Positions 7,648-16,286 of a stretch of DNA of 64,000 bases are shown here, piece after piece. Origin of the DNA: Geobacter sp. UBA698 (GTDB lineage Bacteria > Desulfobacterota > Desulfuromonadia > Geobacterales > Pseudopelobacteraceae); assembly GCA_002298925.1 (NCBI GenBank), contig DBMM01000028.1:3713-67712 (forward strand). Direction: 5' to 3'. The notes below the pieces were generated by a model. It made no database searches, was not told where the DNA came from, and saw nothing but the letters and a program-made list of their open reading frames with translations. Each line of letters starts with the position of its first letter. Position 1 is the first letter of the stretch. The translations under genes and the position numbers were made by a program.

Positions 7648-9654
7648 TTACTTTGAACCGACGATTATCAGAAGAATCAAGGTGAGTAAGGTGTACAGGA
7701 TGTAGAGGTGAAGTTGACCGTGCTGTAGTCTTCGTATGGGCAGGAATTTCTCATAGATGCGGGCGAGGAGGGGGAGATAGATCCTTTCAAGGACGGCTTC
7801 GGGCACATGGCTTTCAAAATGGGGTGTGGCAGGGAATGAACCGATGATGTGCGGTGCGTGACGCTCGGGTCGCAGAACACCCGCAAAGAGTTTTACCAGC
7901 ATGGCGGCAAAGGATGATGCACTGTATTGCATCTTGCTGGTCGGAGCAAGATAGCCGCATCCCCAGGTGGCGGATGTTGTGACGGCCGAGCGGTGAAGAC
8001 GACGGCGATACAACAACCAACTCAGCAGAGAGAGCATGAGAAGAGTAACTGCCAGGATTGTTATCCACCCTAGAGGCGCTACAGTACCTAATGTCGGTAC
8101 GTCAGCCGATGGGGGCAACCAGCTGGTAACTGCCGATTCGAGTAACGGTGCAACTGCTACAGGGAAACAGCCGATAACAAGGCAGACGAGTGACAGAATC
8201 ATCATGGGCAGCAGCATTGTCCACTTTGCCTCATGGATGGATGTCGGGAGAGGCGAGCGAGGGACTCCGAGAAAGACAATACCGACAACCTTGACGAAAC
8301 AAGCGACCGCCAGACCGCCGATCAGGGCCAGGGCCGGAGCGGCGAGGGCGGTTCCGATGGCTCCTGCACCACTGCCGGAAATAGTTCCGTTGAAGAATCC
8401 CAAGTAGATCAGGAATTCACTGACAAAACCGTTGAGTGGCGGCAGTCCGCAAATCGCCACGGCGCCGATAATGAACGATACGGTGGTCCAGGGCATGGGA
8501 CGAAGCAGTCCTCCCATGCGATCGATCTCCCGGGTTGCTGCCGAATGGATGGCAGAACCGGCGCCAAGAAAAAGAAGCGCCTTGAAGGTGGCATGGTTCA
8601 GCACGTGCAGGAGCGCGCCGGCCAATCCCAGCAGAATAAGGATTGATGAGCCGGTAGCCGCACCAATCAATGCCGTGCCGATCCCCATGGTGATAATACC
8701 GATGTTCTCTATACTGTGATAGGCCAACAGCCGCTTGAGGTCATGCTGACCCAGGGCAAAGAGCACTCCGACGATCCCCGACACCATGCCGAGGACCATC
8801 ATGACTATGCCCCACCAGAGCGGTATCCCCGTAAAAAACGATAAGGTGCGCACCAGACCGTAGATGCCGATCTTGAGGATGACACCGGACATGATGGCGG
8901 ATACGTGACTGGGGGCATTGGCGTGAGCAGACGGAAGCCAGATGTGAAGCGGCATGAGCCCGGCCTTGAAGCCGAACCCGAACAGGGCAACCAGAAATAT
9001 AACGGTGGCGAGCGGCATCGTTGCGGTCAGCGCGCCGGCATCAGGGAATATGAAGCTGCCGGAGATGTTCTTCAACAATGCGAACAGGGCAAACAGGGCC
9101 AGAGTTCCCGTATGGGTGCAGATCATGTAGAGAGTACCGGCGTCACGAACGTCGGGCATGTGGTCTTCTGTGGTGAGAACGAAATAGGCGGCAAGCGCCA
9201 TTATCTCCCAGGCCAGCAGAAACAGGCCGGCCGAGCGCGACATGATGACGAAGAGCATGGATGACACCAGCAGTCCGAAAAAAAAAGTCAATTTTCGGAC
9301 TGTGCGGGGATTGTTCGGGGCAGGCCAGTAATCCAGGGCATAGATGCTGCAACAGGCAGACACGATCAGTATCGGCAGGGCAAAGAAGGCGGTGAGCGGG
9401 TCTAATCCGCATTCAACCGGGCCGAAAGGGAACGGCCAGGCCAGCTGATAGGTTACGTTTCGACGATGGAGCAGCGTCATGACGGCACCGACAAGCCCTC
9501 CCGCAGCCGCGACAAGCATTGTCAGTGTCGCGATGCGCTGGCCAAGGGTCGGGTTCAGAAAGCGCACCAGGAGTGGGGCACCTGAAAGAGCAGACAATAG
9601 TGCCGCTCCTATGAGGAGCATGGCAGGCAGGTTTGCCGTCAGGTCAACGGTCAT
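7648..9654 (-). CDS. Orphan HyfB/HycC/NuoL-like antiporter-type membrane subunit
   Basis: 668 aa with GFKAGLMPLHIWLPSAHANAPSHVSAIMSG, KRLLAYHSIENIG and a WGCGY..KMQYSASSF tail. Closely resembles 11201-13246. Its start overlaps the stop of the upstream EIIA gene (ATGA at 9651-9654). Confidence 0.85.
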   Translation of the reverse strand: MTVDLTANLPAMLLIGAALLSALSGAPLLVRFLNPTLGQRIATLTMLVAAAGGLVGAVMTLLHRRNVTYQLAWPFPFGPVECGLDPLTAFFALPILIVSACCSIYALDYWPAPNNPRTVRKLTFFFGLLVSSMLFVIMSRSAGLFLLAWEIMALAAYFVLTTEDHMPDVRDAGTLYMICTHTGTLALFALFALLKNISGSFIFPDAGALTATMPLATVIFLVALFGFGFKAGLMPLHIWLPSAHANAPSHVSAIMSGVILKIGIYGLVRTLSFFTGIPLWWGIVMMVLGMVSGIVGVLFALGQHDLKRLLAYHSIENIGIITMGIGTALIGAATGSSILILLGLAGALLHVLNHATFKALLFLGAGSAIHSAATREIDRMGGLLRPMPWTTVSFIIGAVAICGLPPLNGFVSEFLIYLGFFNGTISGSGAGAIGTALAAPALALIGGLAVACFVKVVGIVFLGVPRSPLPTSIHEAKWTMLLPMMILSLVCLVIGCFPVAVAPLLESAVTSWLPPSADVPTLGTVAPLGWITILAVTLLMLSLLSWLLYRRRLHRSAVTTSATWGCGYLAPTSKMQYSASSFAAMLVKLFAGVLRPERHAPHIIGSFPATPHFESHVPEAVLERIYLPLLARIYEKFLPIRRLQHGQLHLYILYTLLTLILLIIVGSK

Positions 9655-10337
9655 GAGACGCCTTTGCCGATATCATTTTCAATTTCCAGAATGGCAGTCA
9701 TGATCGCCTCGGAGTTGCATTGCTTGCCGAGAATGTCACGCAAGCGTTGATCACGCAGACAGTAAGCCAGTTTTGAGAGCAGATGCAGATGCATCCTGAT
9801 GGTCGGCGAGATGATAGTGAACAGTATCTGTACCGGCTTGCCGTCTAGCGCCCCGAAGTCAACCGGCTCCGAGAGGAAGCAGAGGGCGATCTTCGGAACG
9901 GGCAACTGCACCAGGATCGGATTGCGCACATGTGGAATGGCGATACCATCGCCGACTGCAGTTGTTCCCATGGCTTCACGTGCCAGGAGCACCTGCAGGA
10001 TGAATTCGGGATCGATCTCCGGCGGCAGGTCCAGGATCGCCACGGTATTTCGCAGTACCGTTTCCTTGTCGTCACCAGGAAAACCACAATGGATGCCTCC
10101 GGCATGCAACGCCTGGCTCAAGGTCGGCAAGGGACAATTATCCGCATCAGGCATCTTGTACAGGGCCGGATTAACCTTTATTCCGCGCTCCGTTGCCCAT
10201 TCCAACAGGTCCACCGGGTTGATCCGGTAGTCTCCGTGGATAGACTCTGCTGGCAGATTGTCTTTTTTAATCCAGCGCACAACGGTTTTTTCATCAACAT
10301 TCAGAGCCAGTGCGGCCTCGGACGGTTCAAGCAGCAT
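9651..10337 (-). CDS. DNA-binding (excisionase/MerR-type HTH) protein fused to a PTS EIIA type-2 (PtsN-like) domain
   Basis: N-terminal LNVDEKTVVRWIKKDNLPA HTH. C-terminal EIIA-2 domain with the phospho-His motif GDGIAIPHVRNP. Confidence 0.8.
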   Translation of the reverse strand: MLLEPSEAALALNVDEKTVVRWIKKDNLPAESIHGDYRINPVDLLEWATERGIKVNPALYKMPDADNCPLPTLSQALHAGGIHCGFPGDDKETVLRNTVAILDLPPEIDPEFILQVLLAREAMGTTAVGDGIAIPHVRNPILVQLPVPKIALCFLSEPVDFGALDGKPVQILFTIISPTIRMHLHLLSKLAYCLRDQRLRDILGKQCNSEAIMTAILEIENDIGKGVS

Positions 10338-10400
10338 GATTTATCCTTATCCCTTTTATCGGGTATGTGCAAAATTGATGTTACTACCTTATCCAGTTTG

Positions 10401-10766
10401 TCAGGGCTTAGGGTATCCCGGTGTTTCTTCGATGCCGAGTTGCAGACAGAGGGTCTTATCCACCTGACTCATGAGTGATTTGTTGATAAAGCCGAGTCGC
10501 TCACCAATCACGTTGGTCTTGTCGATGGTAATGAGGATATGGGAACTGATCTTGGCATCTCTTCCCAAGCCATCATCCGATGCCGGCAAGAATGTCTCGA
10601 AATCATAGATCTTTTCCAGACGGGTAAAACTCAGGGGAATAATGGTCACGACCGGAGAATACTCGTTGCTGATATTATTGCTCACCACCAGGCAGGGGCA
10701 AACCTCCGGTTCCTGCACATCTGCATGGGGCAGATTGACCGCATAGATACCACCGCGCTTAAACAT
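10401..10766 (-). CDS. MazF/PemK-family type II toxin (mRNA interferase)
   Basis: 121 aa. GGIYAVNL....CPCLVVSNNISNEYSPVVTIIPLS is characteristic of the PemK/MazF fold. Overlaps the upstream antitoxin ORF by 8 nt. Lies in a low-GC patch. Confidence 0.8.
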   Translation of the reverse strand: MFKRGGIYAVNLPHADVQEPEVCPCLVVSNNISNEYSPVVTIIPLSFTRLEKIYDFETFLPASDDGLGRDAKISSHILITIDKTNVIGERLGFINKSLMSQVDKTLCLQLGIEETPGYPKP

Positions 10767-10995
10767 CCCGTTTCTCCGTTACCGTTGATTCGAATTTTTT
10801 GAGCACCTCTTTCGTTTCCTCCGCAGTCGAGGTATACCCTTCAATCAGCCCTTTGTACGCCTTCTTTTTCACTTCTTCAAGTTTTTCCCTGGCAGCTTCC
10901 TCAAGGAACTGGCTCAATCCCCGCTGCCCATACAGTGCCTTGATATCGTCCACGATCGGGGTTGGCAATGTGATATTCAATCGCGTGTTCGGCAT
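10759..10995 (-). CDS. Putative antitoxin (ribbon-helix-helix-like) of the MazF-type toxin
   Basis: 78 aa. The N-terminal TRLNITLPTPIVDDIKAL looks like an RHH beta-strand plus helix. Sits immediately upstream of the toxin and overlaps it. Confidence 0.6.
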   Translation of the reverse strand: MPNTRLNITLPTPIVDDIKALYGQRGLSQFLEEAAREKLEEVKKKAYKGLIEGYTSTAEETKEVLKKFESTVTEKRDV

Positions 10996-11010
10996 GACGG
11001 CACTCTCCCT

Positions 11011-11020
11011 TGCATATGCA
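11011..11020. promoter_or_regulatory. Perfect 10-bp palindrome TGCATATGCA, candidate TA operator
   Basis: Located 16 nt upstream of the antitoxin start codon, on the promoter side. Confidence 0.3.
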
Positions 11021-11200
11021 TGTGTCGCGAAATATTAGTAAGTAAGAATTGTTTTCTGCGACATTTGGCAAAAAAAAATTCGTTAATGCACTTTTCCTGC
11101 GTAGCAGGGTTGGATGTCTTCATAATTTTATTGACGTATGAGTATTTATACCATATTTTTATTGTAAGTGTTATAATTTTTTACAACGTATAGAGATTTT

Positions 11201-13246
11201 ATGCCGACCTGCAATCATATCTTACCTCGATATGAGCGAAAGGGTAGGTGTGAGGCATTCGTGTTTTTTTCCGTTGATCCGACAATATGCCTTCTGGCCG
11301 CAGCAACACTCATGGCGTTCTCAGGAGTACCAGGTCTTGTGATGAACCGTCCTGTCTGGGGGCAGCGGATTGCCGCTGTTTTCGTTGTTGCGGCATCCAT
11401 TGTCGGTGAGTTCGCCGTCATTTCTCTCCTTGGCGGCTCCCGGGGAGCTACCTTCCAGATTGACTGGCCACTGCCGTTCGGGCAGGCTCTTATGTCCGTC
11501 GATCTCCTCTCAACGATCTTCCTCCTGCCTCTCTTCCTGGTTTGCGGATGTGTCTCGGTATATTCAATCGCCTACTGGCCGGCCAGGGAACAGACCAGCG
11601 CCGGAAAACTTACGCTGTTTCTCGGGTTCTTTGCCGCAGCGATGGTCATGGTGGTCTTGGCCCGCCACGGCGTATTGTTTCTCATAGCCTGGGAGGTCAT
11701 GGCCCTGTCGGCCTATTTCCTGCTGACGGCGGAGCAGCAGAGTTCCGAGGTGCAGCGAGTCGGGACGATCTATCTCATTGCCACCCACACCGGCACCATG
11801 GCGCTGTTTGCAATGTTTTCGCTACTGCGCGGTGCAATCGGCACGTTCCAGTTTCCCGCATCACATTCTCTATCCCAGGCGGTGCCGGTTGCCTCGGTCA
11901 TTATCATAACTGCCCTGATCGGCTTTGGCGGCAAGGCCGGTCTTATGCCTTTGCACTTCTGGCTCCCCGGGGCCCATGCCAACGCCCCCAGCCATGTTTC
12001 AGCCATGATGTCCGGTTTGATGCTGAAGATGGGGGTCTATGGCATTCTGCGGACCATGTCGTTTTTTGACGCTCTGCCTGTCTGGCTGGGGTGGCTTATC
12101 CTCCTTTTGGGCACCTGGTCGGCGATAAACGGCATTGCCCTGGCAGCCGGCCAGCGTGACCTGAAACGACTCCTGGCCTGCAGCAGTATCGAGAATGTCG
12201 GTATTATCTTTATCGGCATCGGGCTGGCCGTTGTCGGCCTGCAGCTGCACGCTCCCTACCTCATCGTATGTGGTCTCTTTGGAGCCTTTATCCATATCAT
12301 CAATCATGGTCTGTTCAAATCGCTCCTCTTTCTGGGGAGCGGGGTGCTGATCCATGCTGCCGGAACCCGTGAAATAGACCGCATGGGCGGCCTGGCCCGG
12401 CGCATGCCGATCACGTCGCCGCTCTTCCTGATCGGCTCCCTTGCCATCTGCGGGCTGCCGCCGCTCAATGGTTTTGTGGGCGAACTGTTTCTCTACGTCG
12501 GGGCCATTACCGATGGCATCATCGCACCTTTGCCGCTGGCGGCCCTAGTGGCACCAGTGTTGGCGTTGGTCGGCGGATTGGCTGTCATTACCTTCGTCAA
12601 AATCTATGGGATCATCTTTCTTGGCGCTCCACGCTCTGTTGCAGCCGCTCACGGCCATGAAGCAACCAGGGCGATGACCGCTCCGATGGTTCTGCTGGCG
12701 CTCGGCTGTCTGGTTGCAGGCCTGGCGCCTGTGCTGCTGGTGCGATTGGTTACACCGGCGGTCGCTTTTTATGGTAACCTGGCCGCACCTGAAATTGCCC
12801 TGGTTACCGATCAGGTACCTCTTGTGCCACTCACGTTTGCCAATTGCCTGCTCATCATTCTTGTTCTGGTGATCGGAGCTGCATACCTGTTGCGGCTGCG
12901 CAGGTTGCCCCGCTCCCTGGGGGCCACCTGGGGATGCGGCTATCCTGAACCAACAGCCAGAATGCAATATACCGGCACATCGTTCAGTGAGATGGTGGTG
13001 AATCTGTTAGGGGCAATCGTTGCCCCCAACCGCCGGAAGCCCATACTTGTTACAGCCATTCCTCCTGCTGACGCACGTTTTCACTACACGGTGACTGAAA
13101 CAGTGCTTGACCGGATTCTGACACCGCTCTTTCAAGGGGTCGGCCTGGCCTTTTCCTATCTCAGAAGGGTGCAGCATGGCCAGCTTCATATCTATGTGCT
13201 GTATATCTTTGCCACGCTGTGCGTTCTGATGGCCTGGACGCATTGA
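11201..13246 (+). CDS. HyfB/HycC/NuoL-like membrane subunit (cluster 2)
   Basis: GGKAGLMPLHFWLPGAHANAPSHVSAMMSG, KRLLACSSIENVG and a WGCGYPEPTARMQYTGTSF tail. The in-frame GTG at 11261, preceded by GAGG, aligns better with the paralog N-terminus and may be the true start. Confidence 0.85.
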   Translation: MPTCNHILPRYERKGRCEAFVFFSVDPTICLLAAATLMAFSGVPGLVMNRPVWGQRIAAVFVVAASIVGEFAVISLLGGSRGATFQIDWPLPFGQALMSVDLLSTIFLLPLFLVCGCVSVYSIAYWPAREQTSAGKLTLFLGFFAAAMVMVVLARHGVLFLIAWEVMALSAYFLLTAEQQSSEVQRVGTIYLIATHTGTMALFAMFSLLRGAIGTFQFPASHSLSQAVPVASVIIITALIGFGGKAGLMPLHFWLPGAHANAPSHVSAMMSGLMLKMGVYGILRTMSFFDALPVWLGWLILLLGTWSAINGIALAAGQRDLKRLLACSSIENVGIIFIGIGLAVVGLQLHAPYLIVCGLFGAFIHIINHGLFKSLLFLGSGVLIHAAGTREIDRMGGLARRMPITSPLFLIGSLAICGLPPLNGFVGELFLYVGAITDGIIAPLPLAALVAPVLALVGGLAVITFVKIYGIIFLGAPRSVAAAHGHEATRAMTAPMVLLALGCLVAGLAPVLLVRLVTPAVAFYGNLAAPEIALVTDQVPLVPLTFANCLLIILVLVIGAAYLLRLRRLPRSLGATWGCGYPEPTARMQYTGTSFSEMVVNLLGAIVAPNRRKPILVTAIPPADARFHYTVTETVLDRILTPLFQGVGLAFSYLRRVQHGQLHIYVLYIFATLCVLMAWTH

Positions 13247-13290
13247 AGTATTGTTATGATCGTTTTCATCATCTGTGAGGATGACCTTTT

Positions 13291-14199
13291 ATGACTGACA
13301 TCATCATCCATTGTGCAGTGGCGCTGCTCTTCCCACCCCTTCTGCTGGGGGTAATCGGCAAGACCAAGGCGGCATTTGCCGGACGGGTCGGGGCGCCATA
13401 TTTCCAACCCTATTACGACCTGATCAAACTCTTCCGCAAAGGGTCGGTCTTCAGCGAGACCACCACCTGGGTCTTTCGAGCCGGTCCCGTGGTGACGCTG
13501 TCGGCAACGCTTATCGCCTGCCTGCTGATACCGCTGGGGCGCCATGCAGCGCCCATTTCTTTCAGCGGTGATCTGATTCTGTTTGCGTACCTGTTCGGGT
13601 TGTCACGCTTCTTCACTACCATCGCCGCCCTTGATACCGGCTCAAGCTTTGAAGGTATGGGCGCGGCCCGCGAGGTGACTTTTTCGTGCCTTGCTGAACC
13701 GACTCTATTTTTTACCCTGATCACGCTGGCGCGGATGAGTAAGTCCATCACCCTTTCGACCATTCTTACCCATCCCACACCCGCGACCTGGTTTGCTGCC
13801 GGAGCCAGCATGTTGCTGCTGGTAGGGGCACTCTTCATCATCCTCTTGGCGGAAAACTGCCGCATCCCCTTTGATGACCCCAACACACACCTGGAATTGA
13901 CCATGATCCACGAGGTAATGGTTCTGGATCACAGCGGACCCGCCTTTGGGATCATTCTCTATGGTGCAGCCTTGAAACTCTTTGTTCTCGGGGCGGTTTT
14001 CGTCAATGTCGCCCTGCCCATCGCCACTGGAAACGCTCTGGCGGACTGGGCAATCTTCATTGTCGCCATACTTGCCCTGGCGGTGACAATCGGCATTGTT
14101 GAGTCGGTCATGGCCAGATTGAGATTGGTGCGTATCCCGCAACTCCTGGTCGGGGCCACCATCCTGTCAGCCTTTGCCATGATGCTGGTTTTGAGGTAA
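13291..14199 (+). CDS. HyfC/HycD/NuoH-like integral membrane subunit (cluster 2)
   Basis: 302 aa. PFDDPNTHLELTMIHEVMVLDHSG parallels the paralog at 893-1837. Confidence 0.85.
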   Translation: MTDIIIHCAVALLFPPLLLGVIGKTKAAFAGRVGAPYFQPYYDLIKLFRKGSVFSETTTWVFRAGPVVTLSATLIACLLIPLGRHAAPISFSGDLILFAYLFGLSRFFTTIAALDTGSSFEGMGAAREVTFSCLAEPTLFFTLITLARMSKSITLSTILTHPTPATWFAAGASMLLLVGALFIILLAENCRIPFDDPNTHLELTMIHEVMVLDHSGPAFGIILYGAALKLFVLGAVFVNVALPIATGNALADWAIFIVAILALAVTIGIVESVMARLRLVRIPQLLVGATILSAFAMMLVLR

Positions 14200-14203
14200 C
14201 CCT

Positions 14204-14845
14204 ATGAGTCTATTAGCTGATCAACTGCTGGTACTGGTGATGCTGATCAATCTGGTCATGCTCGGGACGAGCCGACTGATCTTTTCCATCCGTGCCGTCG
14301 CAGTCCAAGGGGTCATACTCGGTATTTTGCCCGGATTGATTCACCCTTTTTCCTTTCATCTGGCCGGCATAACTGCCGGTATCATCCTGGCCAAAGGGAT
14401 TGTCATCCCGTATTTTATCAGTAATGCCGTCCGCAAGGCCCAGATCAGACGCGAAGTGGAGCCATTCATCGGCTATGTGCCGACCCTGCTTCTCGGCGCC
14501 GTATTCACAGCACTTTCATTCGCTTTTGCCGAAAAACTGCCGCTCGCGCCCGAACACAAGGACCTTCTGTTCGTTCCGGCCTCCATCGCTACCCTGTTGA
14601 CCGGCTTTTTGCTCCTCACAACACGGCGCAAGGCTATTTCCCAGGTTATTGGTTATCTGGTGATGGAAAACGGGATTTTCGTGTTCGGCCTGTTGTTGAC
14701 CGAGGCCATGCCGGTCATGGTGGAGGCTGGTGCACTGCTCGATCTTCTGGTGGGGATATTTGTCATGGGAATTGTCATCAACCATATCAGCCGGGAATTT
14801 TCATCCATCGATACATCCCGCCTGCAAACCCTCAAGGAGGAGTAG
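14204..14845 (+). CDS. HyfE-like (NuoK-related) membrane subunit (cluster 2)
   Basis: 213 aa. IGYLVMENGIFVFG..MPVMVEAGALLDLL parallels 1842-2507. Confidence 0.8.
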   Translation: MSLLADQLLVLVMLINLVMLGTSRLIFSIRAVAVQGVILGILPGLIHPFSFHLAGITAGIILAKGIVIPYFISNAVRKAQIRREVEPFIGYVPTLLLGAVFTALSFAFAEKLPLAPEHKDLLFVPASIATLLTGFLLLTTRRKAISQVIGYLVMENGIFVFGLLLTEAMPVMVEAGALLDLLVGIFVMGIVINHISREFSSIDTSRLQTLKEE

Positions 14846-14849
14846 CTGC

Positions 14850-16286
14850 ATGTTATATGCCCTTGTACTGCTGCCCCTGCTCGGAGCGTTATGCGCCTGG
14901 ATCGTACCGGACAACCGCTTGCGTCCCCTTGTTCTGCCGCTGATCGCAACAATCCATATCTGTCTGGCGGCCTTCCTGGTGGGAAATGCGCCGCCGCCAT
15001 CCCCCGGAGGCTGGATCTGGCTCGACCCGCTGGGGAAGGTCGTGCTTCTGTGCATCAGTCTTCTGTTCGCAGTCTGCGCCTTCTATGCGGTCGGCTATCT
15101 GTCCTACCGTCAGGAACGTTCCAACCGGGTTCTCTGCATGGGTCTGCTGGTCTGCCTGTCGGCCATGGGGATGGTGACCATGACCCAGCATCTGGGACTT
15201 CTCTGGGTCGCTCTGGAAACGACCACCGTCTCGATGGCACCGCTCATCTACTTCAATCACAACGCCCGTTCCATCGAAGCGACCTGGAAGTACCTCCTGC
15301 TCTGCTCCGTTGGGATCGGCCTGGCTTTGCTCGGGTTGCTGTTTCTGGCCTATTCAACCTACGTAGCGCATCATGATGCCACCCTGCTGCTCGGGCCGCT
15401 CATGTCCATAGCCCGTGAACTGAATCCGGCGTGGCTGCATGCGGCTGCGATTTTCCTCCTGGTTGGCTACGGAACCAAGATGGGACTGGCTCCATTGCAT
15501 GCCTGGAAACCTGATGCCTACGGCGAAGCGCCGGGACTGGTAGGCGCGTTGCTTGCCGGTGGATTGGTCAACTGCGCCTTTCTGGCGATCCTGCGGGTGT
15601 ACCAGATCTGTCTGGCATCCGGTACCGAGATCCGTTTTTTTCAACAGGCCCTGCTCGGTATGGGTCTGGTTTCCATGGCCTTTGCTGCCGTTTTCATGGC
15701 CCGCCAGGCCGACTTCAAAAGGATGCTGGCATATTCGAGCGTTGAACATGTGGGGATTCTCGCTATCGGTCTTGGACTCGGCAAAGGAGCGCTGTACGGG
15801 GCGCTCTTTCACCTGCTCAATAACGGACTGACCAAGGGGGTACTCTTCCTTTCATCCGGCAACATTCACCGCTCATATTCAAATAAGACGACCGTCGTGG
15901 TCAAGGGGGCCCTGACGCGTCTCCCCTGGTCGGGAGGGCTGTTTCTGGCCGGCTTCATAGCCATCACCGGATCACCTCCATTCTCGCCGTTCATCAGCGA
16001 GTATACCATCGTCAGCAGCGCCTTTATCGACGGGCGTTTTCTGGTGGGGAGTTTGTTTCTGCTCTTTCTGGTGGTTGTCTTCATCGGCATGGCCCTTACG
16101 GTACTGCCGATGGTCATGGGCGCCCCGCCGGCGGAAGTTGAAGCGAGCGACTACGAGGACCGTCTGTTGACGGTGGGGCCGCCGCTCTTCATGATGATGG
16201 TAATCCTGGTGCTGGGAGTTTGGCCGCCGGAATTCCTGGTTGCGTTACTCAAGGACGGCGCCGCCATGCTGGGGGTGCAACCGTGA
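14850..16286 (+). CDS. HyfF/NuoN/NuoM-like antiporter-type membrane subunit (cluster 2)
   Basis: ATG at 14850 follows RBS AAGGAGG (14834-14840). The N-terminus MLYALVLLPLLGA is membrane-like. Core motifs are GTKMGLAPLHAWKPDAYGEAPGLVGALLAG and KRMLAYSSVEHVG. The longer ORF starting at 14730 overlaps the upstream gene and was rejected. Confidence 0.85.
   Translation: MLYALVLLPLLGALCAWIVPDNRLRPLVLPLIATIHICLAAFLVGNAPPPSPGGWIWLDPLGKVVLLCISLLFAVCAFYAVGYLSYRQERSNRVLCMGLLVCLSAMGMVTMTQHLGLLWVALETTTVSMAPLIYFNHNARSIEATWKYLLLCSVGIGLALLGLLFLAYSTYVAHHDATLLLGPLMSIARELNPAWLHAAAIFLLVGYGTKMGLAPLHAWKPDAYGEAPGLVGALLAGGLVNCAFLAILRVYQICLASGTEIRFFQQALLGMGLVSMAFAAVFMARQADFKRMLAYSSVEHVGILAIGLGLGKGALYGALFHLLNNGLTKGVLFLSSGNIHRSYSNKTTVVVKGALTRLPWSGGLFLAGFIAITGSPPFSPFISEYTIVSSAFIDGRFLVGSLFLLFLVVVFIGMALTVLPMVMGAPPAEVEASDYEDRLLTVGPPLFMMMVILVLGVWPPEFLVALLKDGAAMLGVQP

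Noticed and set aside
10996-11200. A sigma-54 promoter (TGGCAAAAAAAAATTCG) or a clear sigma-70 promoter upstream of Ehr cluster 2.
   Set aside because: The GG-N10-GC spacing is not satisfied. Several TATAAT-like hexamers occur in this very AT-rich spacer without a convincing -35 partner. No promoter could be called with confidence.
5556-11200. A mobile element or prophage explanation for the low-GC accessory segment.
   Set aside because: No transposase, integrase, recombinase, terminal inverted repeats, direct-repeat target duplications or adjacent tRNA were seen. Only compositional deviation and accessory-type genes (ATPase, TA pair) support foreign origin.
14730-14849. Upstream extensions of ORFs given by the six-frame track. 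Examples are 14730 for the HyfF-like gene, 16220 for large subunit 2, 17652 for small subunit 2, 43527 for gmhA, 23974 for the EBP, and 53837, 53930, 63936, 38539, 41577, 49073, 32646 and 20613.
   Set aside because: The extensions overlap the preceding gene or lack an RBS. An internal start with a good Shine-Dalgarno sequence and a family-typical N-terminus exists in each case.
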